This document shows positions 36,677-45,954 of a stretch of DNA of 64,000 nucleotides, piece after piece. Position 1 is the first letter of the stretch, and every line of letters starts with the position of its first letter. Under the pieces are notes generated by a model that worked only from the letters and a program-made list of their open reading frames with translations, searched no databases and was not told where the DNA came from. The stretch covers positions 4,384,001-4,448,000 of the forward strand of contig OZ241867.1 of assembly GCA_965203175.1 (NCBI GenBank), read 5' to 3'. A program made the translations under genes and the position numbers. The DNA is from Candidatus Latescibacterota bacterium. Lineage in GTDB: Bacteria > Latescibacterota > UBA2968 > UBA8231.

Positions 36677-38572
36677 ATGAAATTCGAGAAAAAGACCCAG
36701 CTTTCCATTGCGTACGCCGTCCTTACGCTGCTCCTGCTCCTGAGCCTGCAAAACTATTTCGACAACCAAGTCAAACCTCTCCCGTACAGCCAGTTTCGAG
36801 AGTGGATCAAAAGCGGACAGGTCATTGAGTGTACCTTCAGCGGCGAGTTCATCCACGGCCGCGCCAATGTCGATGGCCGAGAGATTAGTTTCCGCACCGC
36901 GGTCATCGAAGATCCCGAGATCATCGGCCTACTTGAAGAACACCAAGTCGAGTTTACCCGCCAGCCTAGCAACAATTGGTTCACTCAGCTTTTGTCGTGG
37001 ATTTTGCCCGCGCTGATCTTCGTGGGGATCTGGCTGTTTATCATCCGTCGCATGAGCGGGGGAGGTGGCCTGATGTCCATTGGCAAGAGCAAGGCCAAGG
37101 TGTACATGGAGAAGGGAACGGGCATTACCTTCGACGACGTGGCGGGCATTGACGAGGCCAAGGAAGAGTTGCTGGAGATCGTCGAATTTTTGCGCACCCC
37201 CGAGCGATTTCAGGCCCTCGGCGGTCGGATTCCGCGCGGGGTCTTACTCGTGGGTTCACCGGGCACGGGTAAGACCTTGTTGGCCAAGGCCGTCGCTGGC
37301 GAGGCGAGCGTGCCCTTTTTCTCCCTCAGCGGCTCCGATTTTGTCGAGATGTTCGTCGGGGTAGGAGCCGCGCGCGTGCGCGACCTTTTTGAACAGGCCA
37401 AAAAACACGCCCCGGCCATTATCTTCATCGACGAGCTCGACGCCTTGGGCAAGGCCCGGGGGGCTGGCTCTTTTGGCGGCCACGACGAGCGCGAGCAGAC
37501 GCTCAACCAGCTCCTCACCGAACTCGACGGTTTCGACACCAACGCTGGCGTGATCCTCATGGCGGCGACCAACCGGCCGGAAATCCTCGACCCGGCCTTG
37601 CTGCGCCCCGGCCGCTTCGACCGCACCGTGGCCGTGGACCGGCCCGATGTCAAGGGGCGCGCCGCCATCCTCCAGATCCACGCCAAGGAAGTCAAGCTGG
37701 GCCCAGATGTAGATTTGCACAAGCTGGCCGTGCGTACTCCGGGTTTTGCCGGAGCGGACTTGGCCAATGTCGTCAATGAAGCGGCCCTTTTGGCAGCGCG
37801 GAGAGATAAAGATTCGATCACCATGTCCGAGTTGGAAGAGGCGATTGAGCGCTCGGTGGCTGGGCTGGAGCGCAAAAGCCGCGTGCTCAACGAGAAAGAG
37901 CGCCGGATCGTCGCGTACCACGAGGCTGGTCACGCTATCGTCGGCGAGATTTTGCCCGAGGCCAATCCCGTGCAGAAGATCTCCATTGTATCGCGGGGCA
38001 TCGCCGCCTTGGGCTACACGCTGAATATGCCGCTGGAGGACCGCTATTTAATGACCAAGGAGGAACTGGAGGATTCCTTGGCGGCGATCTTGGGTGGCCG
38101 GGCGGCCGAGGAAATCGTCTTTGGCGAAATATCCACCGGCGCGGCCAACGACTTGCAACAGGCCACGCAAATGGCCGAGCGGATGGTCAAAGAGTTCGGC
38201 ATGAGCAAGCGGATTGGCTTGGTGGCCCACCGGACGGACCGCTCGCAACAGTTGCTGGGCATGACCCCGGCCGATCGCGCGTACAGCGATGAGACGGCCA
38301 AGCTCATCGACGAGGAAATCAAGGGCATCATCGGCGCGGGGTATGCGCGGGCCAAGGACCTACTCACCCAGCATCGGCAGGCGATGGAGGATGTCGTCGA
38401 GATACTCTTTGAGAACGAGGTGATGGACGGCGATCAGCTGCGTAATCTACTCTCAGATCACGGGATAGAGCTTCCACCTAGGCCCAAGCAAGAGGCGTCG
38501 TCCGATAGTCCCGCCGCCGAGCCGCAGGCCAACGGCAATGCCCCGCAGTCGGAAGAGCGCGAGGCCACCTAG
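36677..38572 (+). CDS. ftsH: ATP-dependent zinc metalloprotease FtsH
   Basis: Two N-terminal transmembrane segments, [33 protein letters not shown] and HEAGH; start reassigned to ATG 36677. Confidence 0.96.
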   Translation: MKFEKKTQLSIAYAVLTLLLLLSLQNYFDNQVKPLPYSQFREWIKSGQVIECTFSGEFIHGRANVDGREISFRTAVIEDPEIIGLLEEHQVEFTRQPSNNWFTQLLSWILPALIFVGIWLFIIRRMSGGGGLMSIGKSKAKVYMEKGTGITFDDVAGIDEAKEELLEIVEFLRTPERFQALGGRIPRGVLLVGSPGTGKTLLAKAVAGEASVPFFSLSGSDFVEMFVGVGAARVRDLFEQAKKHAPAIIFIDELDALGKARGAGSFGGHDEREQTLNQLLTELDGFDTNAGVILMAATNRPEILDPALLRPGRFDRTVAVDRPDVKGRAAILQIHAKEVKLGPDVDLHKLAVRTPGFAGADLANVVNEAALLAARRDKDSITMSELEEAIERSVAGLERKSRVLNEKERRIVAYHEAGHAIVGEILPEANPVQKISIVSRGIAALGYTLNMPLEDRYLMTKEELEDSLAAILGGRAAEEIVFGEISTGAANDLQQATQMAERMVKEFGMSKRIGLVAHRTDRSQQLLGMTPADRAYSDETAKLIDEEIKGIIGAGYARAKDLLTQHRQAMEDVVEILFENEVMDGDQLRNLLSDHGIELPPRPKQEASSDSPAAEPQANGNAPQSEEREAT

Positions 38573-39024
38573 CCCACGGCGGCGATGACTTCCAGCTCGA
38601 CGGCTGCTCCCAGCGGCAAGCTGGCGACACCGACGGCCAAGCGCGCGTGTATTCCCTTATCTCCGAGAACTGAAGCCATCAGATCGGAAGCGCCATTGAT
38701 CACGTTGGCGTGGGCCGAAAAACCGGGTACCGAAGCGACGTATCCTCCCAAGCGGACAATAGAGGTGGCGTCGAGATCGCCGGTTTCGGCTTTGAGAACG
38801 CTCAGGGCGTTGAGGGCGCACAACTTGGCAGCCTCATATCCTGCTTCGACATCCAAATCCTCGCCCACGATCCCCTCATATTGGATCTGGCCGGCTAGTA
38901 GGGGCAACTGACCTGAGACGAAGATCAAGGGGCCGCTTTGCACGGCGCGGGTATAGGAGCCAGCCGGTTGAGGTGGAGGGGGAAGTTGCAGGTTGAGGTC
39001 TCTTAGTTTTTCTTCCACAGACAT
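38569..39024 (-). CDS. RidA/YjgF family protein
   Basis: FVSGQLP, VINGASDL and HARLAVGVASLP..AVELE motifs; start ATG 39024 with SD AGGAG. Confidence 0.9.
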   Translation of the reverse strand: MSVEEKLRDLNLQLPPPPQPAGSYTRAVQSGPLIFVSGQLPLLAGQIQYEGIVGEDLDVEAGYEAAKLCALNALSVLKAETGDLDATSIVRLGGYVASVPGFSAHANVINGASDLMASVLGDKGIHARLAVGVASLPLGAAVELEVIAAVG

Positions 39025-39097
39025 GTTGAATCTCCTATGGCTTAGGGCTAGTTGGCGCGAGTAATATAGGACGCCCAATGACTCCAGCAAGAGAGCG

Positions 39098-40324
39098 ATG
39101 AACAGTGTAAGATTCGCCAAAGGGAGCGTCCTCGGACCCTTGGCCAACAGCGATTTCGTGCGCCTGTGGTTGGCCAATGGCCTTTGGTGGCAGGCCATGT
39201 GGATGGAGATGCTGGCGTTGGGGTGGCTGGCTTTAGAGCTGACTAATTCTCCGTGGTGGGTCCAGGTCATCGGCTTTTACCGCGCAATCCCTCTGCTGAT
39301 TATGGGTTTGTTCGGTTCGGTGATTATCGATCGCTTTAAGCGGCGCTACATCGTTTGGACCCTGCAGTTGGTCAATGTGCTGGGGACGGGGCTGTTGGCG
39401 CTCTTGCTCTTTTGGGGACGGCTTGAGCTGTGGCATTTGTCGGTGGTGTCGCTGGTCCTGGGGGCCTCTTGGGCATTGGACTGGCCGACGAGGCGCAGCA
39501 TGGTGCCCGATCTAGTCGGCAAGGCCCGCACGGTCGATGCCATGGTGCTGGAGAACGTCATGCAGGGGTTTACGCGCATTGCTGGCCCCTTGGCGGCGGG
39601 CTATGTCACCGCGGCCTATGGCAGCTTGGGTGCCTTGTTGGTCTTGGTCGGGCTGGGCACCTTGGCGCTGTTTTTGCTGGGGGGCCTTAAGACAGATTCC
39701 AAGGCACCCAGTGCAAGCCCCTTGGCGGCGGGCTGGGCTGGGCGGCAGGGATGGGCCAGCATGCGGGCTTCTGCACCGATATTCGGCGTTTTTCTCATCA
39801 CGATCTTTATGAACGTCTGGGCGTTTCCCTACATGAACCTGCTGCCGGTTTTCGCTCGCGACGTATTCGGCCGCGGCGCGGAGGCCATGGGGTGGTTAGG
39901 CGCGGCTAGCGGGAGTGGGGCGATTGTGGGCTTGGCTGCAGTCCAGCTAAGCCGTAGCAAGCTGAGCAACGAATGGCTCTTTGTCGCTGGCTCGTTGCTT
40001 GCGTGTACGGGCATTATCGCCTTTGCCTTTAGCGGGACCTTTGGCCTCGCCTTGCTGATGCTGTTTTGCTCTGGGTTGGGGCAGGCGGGCTTCAGCATTA
40101 TGCAGAGCAGCATCATCTTGGTCGAATCCTCGGACGAGATGCGGAGCCGGGCGATGAGCACCTTGGTCGTGGCCATTGGCGTCGGTCCTTTTGGCCGCTT
40201 GCAGAGTGGGGCAATAGCCGAGGCTTGGGGGGCACAAGGCGCTGTGGGCGTCATGGCATTGCTGGCGGGGATAGGGACTGTGGGAACGGCGGTTTTGCTA
40301 CGGGGGTTTCTAGGTAAAAGGTGA
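39098..40324 (+). CDS. MFS transporter (MFS_3/DUF894-like)
   Basis: About 12 transmembrane segments, IIDRFKRR motif A, PTRRSMVPDLV. Confidence 0.88.
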   Translation: MNSVRFAKGSVLGPLANSDFVRLWLANGLWWQAMWMEMLALGWLALELTNSPWWVQVIGFYRAIPLLIMGLFGSVIIDRFKRRYIVWTLQLVNVLGTGLLALLLFWGRLELWHLSVVSLVLGASWALDWPTRRSMVPDLVGKARTVDAMVLENVMQGFTRIAGPLAAGYVTAAYGSLGALLVLVGLGTLALFLLGGLKTDSKAPSASPLAAGWAGRQGWASMRASAPIFGVFLITIFMNVWAFPYMNLLPVFARDVFGRGAEAMGWLGAASGSGAIVGLAAVQLSRSKLSNEWLFVAGSLLACTGIIAFAFSGTFGLALLMLFCSGLGQAGFSIMQSSIILVESSDEMRSRAMSTLVVAIGVGPFGRLQSGAIAEAWGAQGAVGVMALLAGIGTVGTAVLLRGFLGKR

Positions 40325-40408
40325 GTGGACGGATTCCCGTTGCACGCTTGGTCTAGCGTATCTACCTTGCAAATGCGCTGACCCGACCTAATTAAAGGAG
40401 AGGATCCC

Positions 40409-41704
40409 ATGTCCCAGTCTTTGTTCAGCGACGCCAGCCAACGGCTGGAGAAAGCACTTGCGTACGCGTCCATTCCCGAGGACGCCATCGAGCGGCTCAA
40501 GTTGCCCAAGTCGAGTTTGAAAGTCTCCATCCCGGTGCGCATGGACAACGGCGAATTGCGCATTTTTCCCGGTTACCGGGTGCGCTACGACGACACCCGC
40601 GGTCCCACCAAAGGCGGCATTCGCTACCACCAAGACGTGTCCATCGACGAGGTCCAGTCGCTGGCCTTCTGGATGACCTTCAAGTGCGCGGTGGCCAATT
40701 TGCCCTTTGGCGGCGGCAAAGGCGGCATCACGGTCAATCCCAAAGAATTGTCCCATTTTGAACTGGAACGACTCAGCCGGGGCTATATCGACGCCGTGGC
40801 CGACTTCATCGGTCCGGACATCGACATTCCAGCCCCCGATGTCTATACCAATCAGATGATTATGGGTTGGATGGTGGATGAGTACAGCATTATCAAGCGG
40901 CAGATCACGCCCGCGGTCATTACCGGCAAGCCCCTGACCATGGGGGGTAGTCTAGGGCGCGATACGGCGACTGCGATGGGGGCATTTTTCACCATTGAGG
41001 CGACTTGGCCCAAGCTCGGCTTAAATGGCTCGCCTACCGACACGACCGTAGCTGTGCAAGGGTTTGGCAATGCCGGGGCCATCGTCGCCGAATTGCTCTT
41101 CAATGCTGGTTATAAGGTCGTGGCTGTAAGCGACTCTAAAGGAGGGATTTACCGACGTGAAGGACTCGACATCCCCAGCGTGCGCCAGTTCAAGGATTCG
41201 ACCCGCACCCTCAAGGCGGCGTACTGCGAGGATACGGTGTGCAGCATCGTCGAGCACGAGACTATCACCAACGAAGAATTGCTCGCGCTCGACGTCGATA
41301 TATTGGCCCCGGCGGCCTTGGAAAACCAGATCACGGAGGCCAACGCCGGCGACATTAAGGCCAAGGCGGTGTACGAACTGGCCAACGGCCCCACTACGCC
41401 GGGTGCCGACGAGATTCTGCGCCAGCGGGACGTGATCGTATTTCCCGACATCTTGGTCAACGCCGGCGGCGTAACCGTGAGCTATTTCGAGTGGGTGCAG
41501 AATCGCCAGGGCCTGTACTGGACCTTAGAACAGGTCAACCAGCGGCTTAAGCAGATGATGGTCGAGGAGACCGAGCGCATTTGGGCCATTGCTCAAGAGC
41601 AGGGCATATCGCCGCGCACCGCGGCGTACGTTCACGCTTTAAACCGGATTGGCGACGCAGTTCAAGCCAAGGGCACCAAGGATTACTTCACAGATGGGCA
41701 GTGA
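40409..41704 (+). CDS. gdhA: Glutamate dehydrogenase (Glu/Leu/Phe/Val family)
   Basis: GPTKGGIRY, PFGGGKGG, DIPAPD, QGFGNAG, ANGP and NAGGVTVSYFEW motifs. Confidence 0.95.
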   Translation: MSQSLFSDASQRLEKALAYASIPEDAIERLKLPKSSLKVSIPVRMDNGELRIFPGYRVRYDDTRGPTKGGIRYHQDVSIDEVQSLAFWMTFKCAVANLPFGGGKGGITVNPKELSHFELERLSRGYIDAVADFIGPDIDIPAPDVYTNQMIMGWMVDEYSIIKRQITPAVITGKPLTMGGSLGRDTATAMGAFFTIEATWPKLGLNGSPTDTTVAVQGFGNAGAIVAELLFNAGYKVVAVSDSKGGIYRREGLDIPSVRQFKDSTRTLKAAYCEDTVCSIVEHETITNEELLALDVDILAPAALENQITEANAGDIKAKAVYELANGPTTPGADEILRQRDVIVFPDILVNAGGVTVSYFEWVQNRQGLYWTLEQVNQRLKQMMVEETERIWAIAQEQGISPRTAAYVHALNRIGDAVQAKGTKDYFTDGQ

Positions 41705-42140
41705 CAAGAATCGCGGGCTGGTTCCCGCCCCCGACGCCCTAGATCACGCGGCCCTAGCTTTGGAACTTTTGCAAAAACAACCCGTTCTGCGGGACAAAAT
41801 CTCCTCTGGGACCCACGTGCAGGGCCGAGAAGTCCCCCGCCTGCTGACCGAAGTTCTGCGTTTCCTCCACTTGGTCGCCGCTGGAGACCAGGTCCTAACC
41901 CCGTCCCATCCCGTCGATCTAGCTTGGCACGAATTCATCCTCTGCACGTGCACTTATGGCGATTTCTGCCGCCGGTACTTTGGTCGCATGATCCACCACC
42001 AACCCGGGGGCATGGAGGACGAAAACATCAGTCAATTCGACCAAACTCTGTCCCTGTATCAGCGCTACTTTGGCCCGCCTCCTGCGGCCTATTGGCTGCC
42101 CGGAGCCGACTGCGGGGCCTGTCGTAGCGCCAATTCCTAG
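41694..42140 (+). CDS. Glycine-rich-domain (GRDP/DUF1399-like) protein
   Basis: LTPSHPVDLAWHEFIL..Y..FC..YFG..IHHQP..TL..Y...FG.PP..YW signature; C-terminal CxxC. Confidence 0.75.
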   Translation: MGSDKNRGLVPAPDALDHAALALELLQKQPVLRDKISSGTHVQGREVPRLLTEVLRFLHLVAAGDQVLTPSHPVDLAWHEFILCTCTYGDFCRRYFGRMIHHQPGGMEDENISQFDQTLSLYQRYFGPPPAAYWLPGADCGACRSANS

Positions 42141-42163
42141 CCCGCCCACCGAGGAGGATTTCC

Positions 42164-43291
42164 ATGTACTTTAACGGCCAACTCGCCATTGACCCCTCCC
42201 AGGAGACCCTGGTCGAAAAGGTCAAACCCACCAAGGTCTTCGGTCGCATGCTCTACTACCTGACTGCGGGTGGTATGTCCGACCGAGAAGAACAAGAGAC
42301 CTTCACTGCGGTGGCCATCTTGCAACAGCTCAATATGGCCCTGCGCTCTATGGGGGTGACCAATATCGTCCGCCTGACCAAGGACCAGTACGACTTCTAC
42401 TTTGACGAGCAGGGCCTAGAGGACGATCTCAAGGACGCCATGGAACAGTTTCACATGGAGACCGACTACTACGAATCGGAATTGTTCGAGGCCCTCTATC
42501 TGGTCGTCGAGCACGCCGACCAGGAAATGACCTACCTCATTGAAATTGAGATCGACCGGCTCCACCCTCCGGACGTGTATCCCATTACCATCACCGTCAA
42601 CGGCACGGCCAACGACTTTGCCCAACAGCCCGGGGAAAGCGCCGACAGCCTGCGCCAGCGCATGGAGCCCGTCTTTCGAGCTCAGGGCGCGTACGAACAA
42701 TTCCAGCGCCAGAAAGAAGCCCATTTCAGCCACTTTATCAGCCGCCTCAATCAGGCCGTGGCCACTTATATCAAATGCGACGATGTGCGCCAGACCCTCG
42801 ACACCCGCGTCATTCGTCCCCGAGAGCCAGTGGACCGGCCCGAGCAATTGCAGGAGCGGCACACCGGGGCTGATACACCTCCCCTCTTCCACGGCTATCA
42901 CGGCTTTGACGCGTTCTTTCTCTACGCCTGGATGTGGTCGTCCATGTCATTCCACCACAATATCCACTACCACGACGTATCCGTGGTAGACGAACGGGGC
43001 CAGACCGTATTCGATGTCGGGGCCGCGGGTTTCCACGCTGGAGAGAGCAATACCCTTAATCCAGAGGCCGACTTCGAGTCCCCGCCCACCAGCGATGTCG
43101 AGTATTATGCGGACCACAGCTATCAGGACGGCCTTGAGCAGACTGCCTCGGGCCAGGAAGCGGGCGCTGAGTCCGGCGAAAGTTCGTCGTGGCTGGATTT
43201 TGGCGGCGACAGCGGCGACAGTGGCGACAGCGGCGCGTCCTGCAGCTCGTGTAGCAGTTGCAGTAGTTGCAGTTCATGCGGAGGCATCTGA
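42164..43291 (+). CDS. Hypothetical protein with an acidic Gly/Ser linker and a C-terminal (CSS)4-CGG tail
   Basis: 375-aa ORF with SD GAGGAGG, ending in DSGDSGDSGASCSSCSSCSSCSSCGGI. Confidence 0.8.
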   Translation: MYFNGQLAIDPSQETLVEKVKPTKVFGRMLYYLTAGGMSDREEQETFTAVAILQQLNMALRSMGVTNIVRLTKDQYDFYFDEQGLEDDLKDAMEQFHMETDYYESELFEALYLVVEHADQEMTYLIEIEIDRLHPPDVYPITITVNGTANDFAQQPGESADSLRQRMEPVFRAQGAYEQFQRQKEAHFSHFISRLNQAVATYIKCDDVRQTLDTRVIRPREPVDRPEQLQERHTGADTPPLFHGYHGFDAFFLYAWMWSSMSFHHNIHYHDVSVVDERGQTVFDVGAAGFHAGESNTLNPEADFESPPTSDVEYYADHSYQDGLEQTASGQEAGAESGESSSWLDFGGDSGDSGDSGASCSSCSSCSSCSSCGGI

Positions 43292-43305
43292 GGAGGGCTA
43301 GGCAG

Positions 43306-44349
43306 ATGTTCAACGCCCGTTCCACCCTTCGAGGCTCGACGCGGGTCGGCCGTGGCTACCGCGCCTGTGGCGCTGGTGCGGCCCGGGGCTACCCCCTCGG
43401 TGGTGGCCCCGGCTACGCCGAGATCGTCAAGCTCTCTGGCTCGCCGGTGCGCCACCTCGACGAGTTGATCGAGGCCCTGGCCGGAGCCCGCGCTGGCGAC
43501 ACCGTGTACGTCGCCGGTGACGCCGTCATCGAGTGCACGGAACGGGTCTACGTCGAGGAACTGGTCCTTGAGCTGCCCGGCGGTGTGACCCTGGCCAGTG
43601 ATCGCGGCGTCAAGGAGGCTCCCGGCGGGTTGATCCGCTCCGACACCTTCGCCACGAACCCTCTCATCCGGGTCACGGGCCCGGCTGCGCGTCTCACCGG
43701 CATCCGCCTGCAGGGACCGAACCCCCGCCAGTGCCTAGAGCACCACTCCCGTTCCTTCCGCGAAGGCCACGGCGGACACCGCTACTACTACCGATTTCCC
43801 ACATCAGCCGGCATCGAGGCGAGACACCCGCGGCTGCGCGTCGACAACTGCGAGTTGGCCGGCTGGAGTCTGGGTGCCGTGCACTTGGTGAACGGCGACG
43901 GGCACCTCGTGCAGTACTGCTTCATCCATCACAACCAGTACCAGGGACTCGGGTACGGCGTCTGCCTCGACGAGGCCGAAACGCTGATCGAGGGCAACCT
44001 GTTCAACGCCAACCGCCACTCCATTGCTGGCTCCGGGCGCAGCGGCTCGGGGTACGAGGCGCGTAACAACGTCGAGATGGGACGCAGCCTGAGCCACTGC
44101 TTCGACATGCACGGCGGCCGCGACCGCAAGGATGGCACGGATGTAGCAGGCGGTTGGATGCACGTGCACCACAACACCTTCCGCGTCCCCGGCCAACGCG
44201 CCGTGGTCATCCGCGGCACGCCCGAGGATCAAGCTGTGATCGAGCACAATTGGTTCCACCACCGAACCGAACGCGGTGCCATCGGCTGTGAGGAGCGCGT
44301 CACAGTGCGCGACAACGCCTGGGGCCGGACGGACCCAGTGCTGCGCTGA
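43306..44349 (+). CDS. Right-handed parallel beta-helix repeat protein
   Basis: Repeated VDNCEL/FIHHNQ/IEGNLF/VHHNTF/IEHNWF rungs; SD AGGAGG before ATG 43306. Confidence 0.8.
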   Translation: MFNARSTLRGSTRVGRGYRACGAGAARGYPLGGGPGYAEIVKLSGSPVRHLDELIEALAGARAGDTVYVAGDAVIECTERVYVEELVLELPGGVTLASDRGVKEAPGGLIRSDTFATNPLIRVTGPAARLTGIRLQGPNPRQCLEHHSRSFREGHGGHRYYYRFPTSAGIEARHPRLRVDNCELAGWSLGAVHLVNGDGHLVQYCFIHHNQYQGLGYGVCLDEAETLIEGNLFNANRHSIAGSGRSGSGYEARNNVEMGRSLSHCFDMHGGRDRKDGTDVAGGWMHVHHNTFRVPGQRAVVIRGTPEDQAVIEHNWFHHRTERGAIGCEERVTVRDNAWGRTDPVLR

Positions 44350-44377
44350 TCCATCCTGCTACTCGAACACGTGCAGC

Positions 44378-45571
44378 TCACAGACGGTCTTCCCTTTTCA
44401 GAGTCTCGGGCACCCCCAACCACAAAGTGAGGGCCGCGGCTAGGCCAATGCCCGCGGCTGCCAATGGAGTTTCGGTCAGGCCGAACCAATCGGCAATATG
44501 GCCCATGGCCAGGGGGCTGCCCGCCCCGCCCAGATCGCCGACAAAGCGCCACAGCCCCAAAAACACCCCCCGCCCGTCGTCCGGGGCCAGATCCGCGCCC
44601 AGAGTCATCATGGTCCCCGACCCTATGCCGTTGCCCAGGCCCACTACCCCTAGGGCTAGGAGCAGGCCCCCAAAATCCTGCGCTAGGGGAATGGCGGCCA
44701 TGCCCATACTCTGGACGAAAAAACTGGGCACCGAGGCGTACTTGCGTCCCCAGTGGTCCATGATCATGCCCGCCGGATAGAACATGAGCATGTCCACGGC
44801 CGCGGCAATCGATATAATCACTCCCACCTCCTCGACCCCCAAACCTAGGACATCGGCAGCGTAGAGTGGCGCGATGACCATGCGGGCTGTGCGCACCATT
44901 TGGGCGCACAACTGGGCCGAGCCGGCATTGAGCAGGATGCGGTAGTGGCCACGCACAACATCGCCGACCCGTCCTCTGGACCGGTGGCTTGCTGCCGGGG
45001 AGGCCCCGAGGTCCTCCACCCAGAGCAAGACCGCCAGCAAAGCCACCACCGCCAATATTCCGTATAGCAGGAAGGCGGCCCGAAAGCCGTACGTCCCGGC
45101 CGCCAGGCCGCCGAGCAGCGGTCCGGCAAAGTAGCCGATGCGTCCTATGCCCCCGAACACGGCAATGGCCCGTCCCCGGAGTGCCGGCCGAATGGCCCCG
45201 GCCAGGTACGTATGGCGCGAAATATTCCACAGGGCCGTACCGATCCCCGATACCAGGCGGCAGGCACTCACTTGCCACAGATCAGCGGCCACCAGCAGGC
45301 CGAAAATCCCCACCAGAACGCAGCCCACCCCCAACAGCATGGCGCGCTTTTCGCCCACCCGCCGCACCACCACTCCCGCGGGCACATCGCCGAGCAAAGT
45401 GCCGATTCCGTCCGCGGCCAGGACCACGCCCACCAGACTGTACGATACCTCGAAAGAGCGGGCGAACAAAGGCAGGACGGGCAATAGCAGGCCCCGGCAG
45501 ACCGACAGGATCAGGGCCGGAGCGTACACCGACAAAAATAAGTTTACTACCACCTGTTTCTGCTTCGACAC
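44378..45571 (-). CDS. MFS transporter
   Basis: About 12 transmembrane segments, motif A-like GVVVRRVGEK and GMIMDHWGRK; GTG start. Confidence 0.88.
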   Translation of the reverse strand: MSKQKQVVVNLFLSVYAPALILSVCRGLLLPVLPLFARSFEVSYSLVGVVLAADGIGTLLGDVPAGVVVRRVGEKRAMLLGVGCVLVGIFGLLVAADLWQVSACRLVSGIGTALWNISRHTYLAGAIRPALRGRAIAVFGGIGRIGYFAGPLLGGLAAGTYGFRAAFLLYGILAVVALLAVLLWVEDLGASPAASHRSRGRVGDVVRGHYRILLNAGSAQLCAQMVRTARMVIAPLYAADVLGLGVEEVGVIISIAAAVDMLMFYPAGMIMDHWGRKYASVPSFFVQSMGMAAIPLAQDFGGLLLALGVVGLGNGIGSGTMMTLGADLAPDDGRGVFLGLWRFVGDLGGAGSPLAMGHIADWFGLTETPLAAAGIGLAAALTLWLGVPETLKREDRL

Positions 45572-45588
45572 TTTGTCAATCCTCTTAC

Positions 45589-45819
45589 CAAATGGCCTTT
45601 AGACCGCAAATCCCAAGACTTGAGTTTTGGGGTATAGCAGAAGAAGCTGGTAGGATCCTGGTCGCCGTCAACCTAGCCTATACCTCACAAGATTGCTCCC
45701 AGTGTGGACATCGACGTCGAAAAACGCTGCCGCAACGAATACATCATGGTCCTTAGTACTACAATCTCAGCCAGAATACCGGCAAGAAGCCCAACGTCTG
45801 TAGGGTGGGGAGTAGTCAC
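45589..45819 (+). mobile_element. Non-autonomous IS200/IS605-family remnant (PATE-like) with a TnpB C-terminal fragment
   Basis: Left flank TTAC|CAAA and hairpin CCCAAGAC-TTGA-GTTTTGGG (45612-45631); internal AEEAGRILVAVNLAYTSQDCSQCGH..KTLPQRIH (TnpB RuvC/Zn-ribbon region); right end GAAGCCC..GGGGAGTAGTCAC. The exact left boundary is uncertain. Confidence 0.8.
45637..45780 (+). pseudogene. tnpB: tnpB C-terminal fragment
   Basis: AYTSQDCSQCG motif; stop at 45754-45756; degenerate DxNAxxN-like segment YYNLSQNT after the stop; no N-terminus. Confidence 0.8.
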
Positions 45820-45887
45820 GACAAGCTGACCATAGACTTTAGCTACTGCTGAATTGATGCTGGGAGGGACGGCGGTTATATTGCGCG
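45820..45887 (+). repeat. Direct repeat B, copy 1 (contains promoter TTGATG-N17-TATATT at 45854-45882)
   Basis: Matches 49370-49436 with 1 indel and 6 substitutions. Confidence 0.9.
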
Positions 45888-45954
45888 AGGGTAGTGACAC
45901 AATTGGCTGGCTTAGGGGTTAAAAGACTGAGCGACGGAGCTGTTCTAAACCTTT

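Noticed and set aside
43200-43291. Cys/Ser tail as a bona fide RiPP precursor cluster
   Set aside because: There is no recognisable RiPP maturase, dedicated protease or exporter adjacent; kept only as a hypothesis in the findings.
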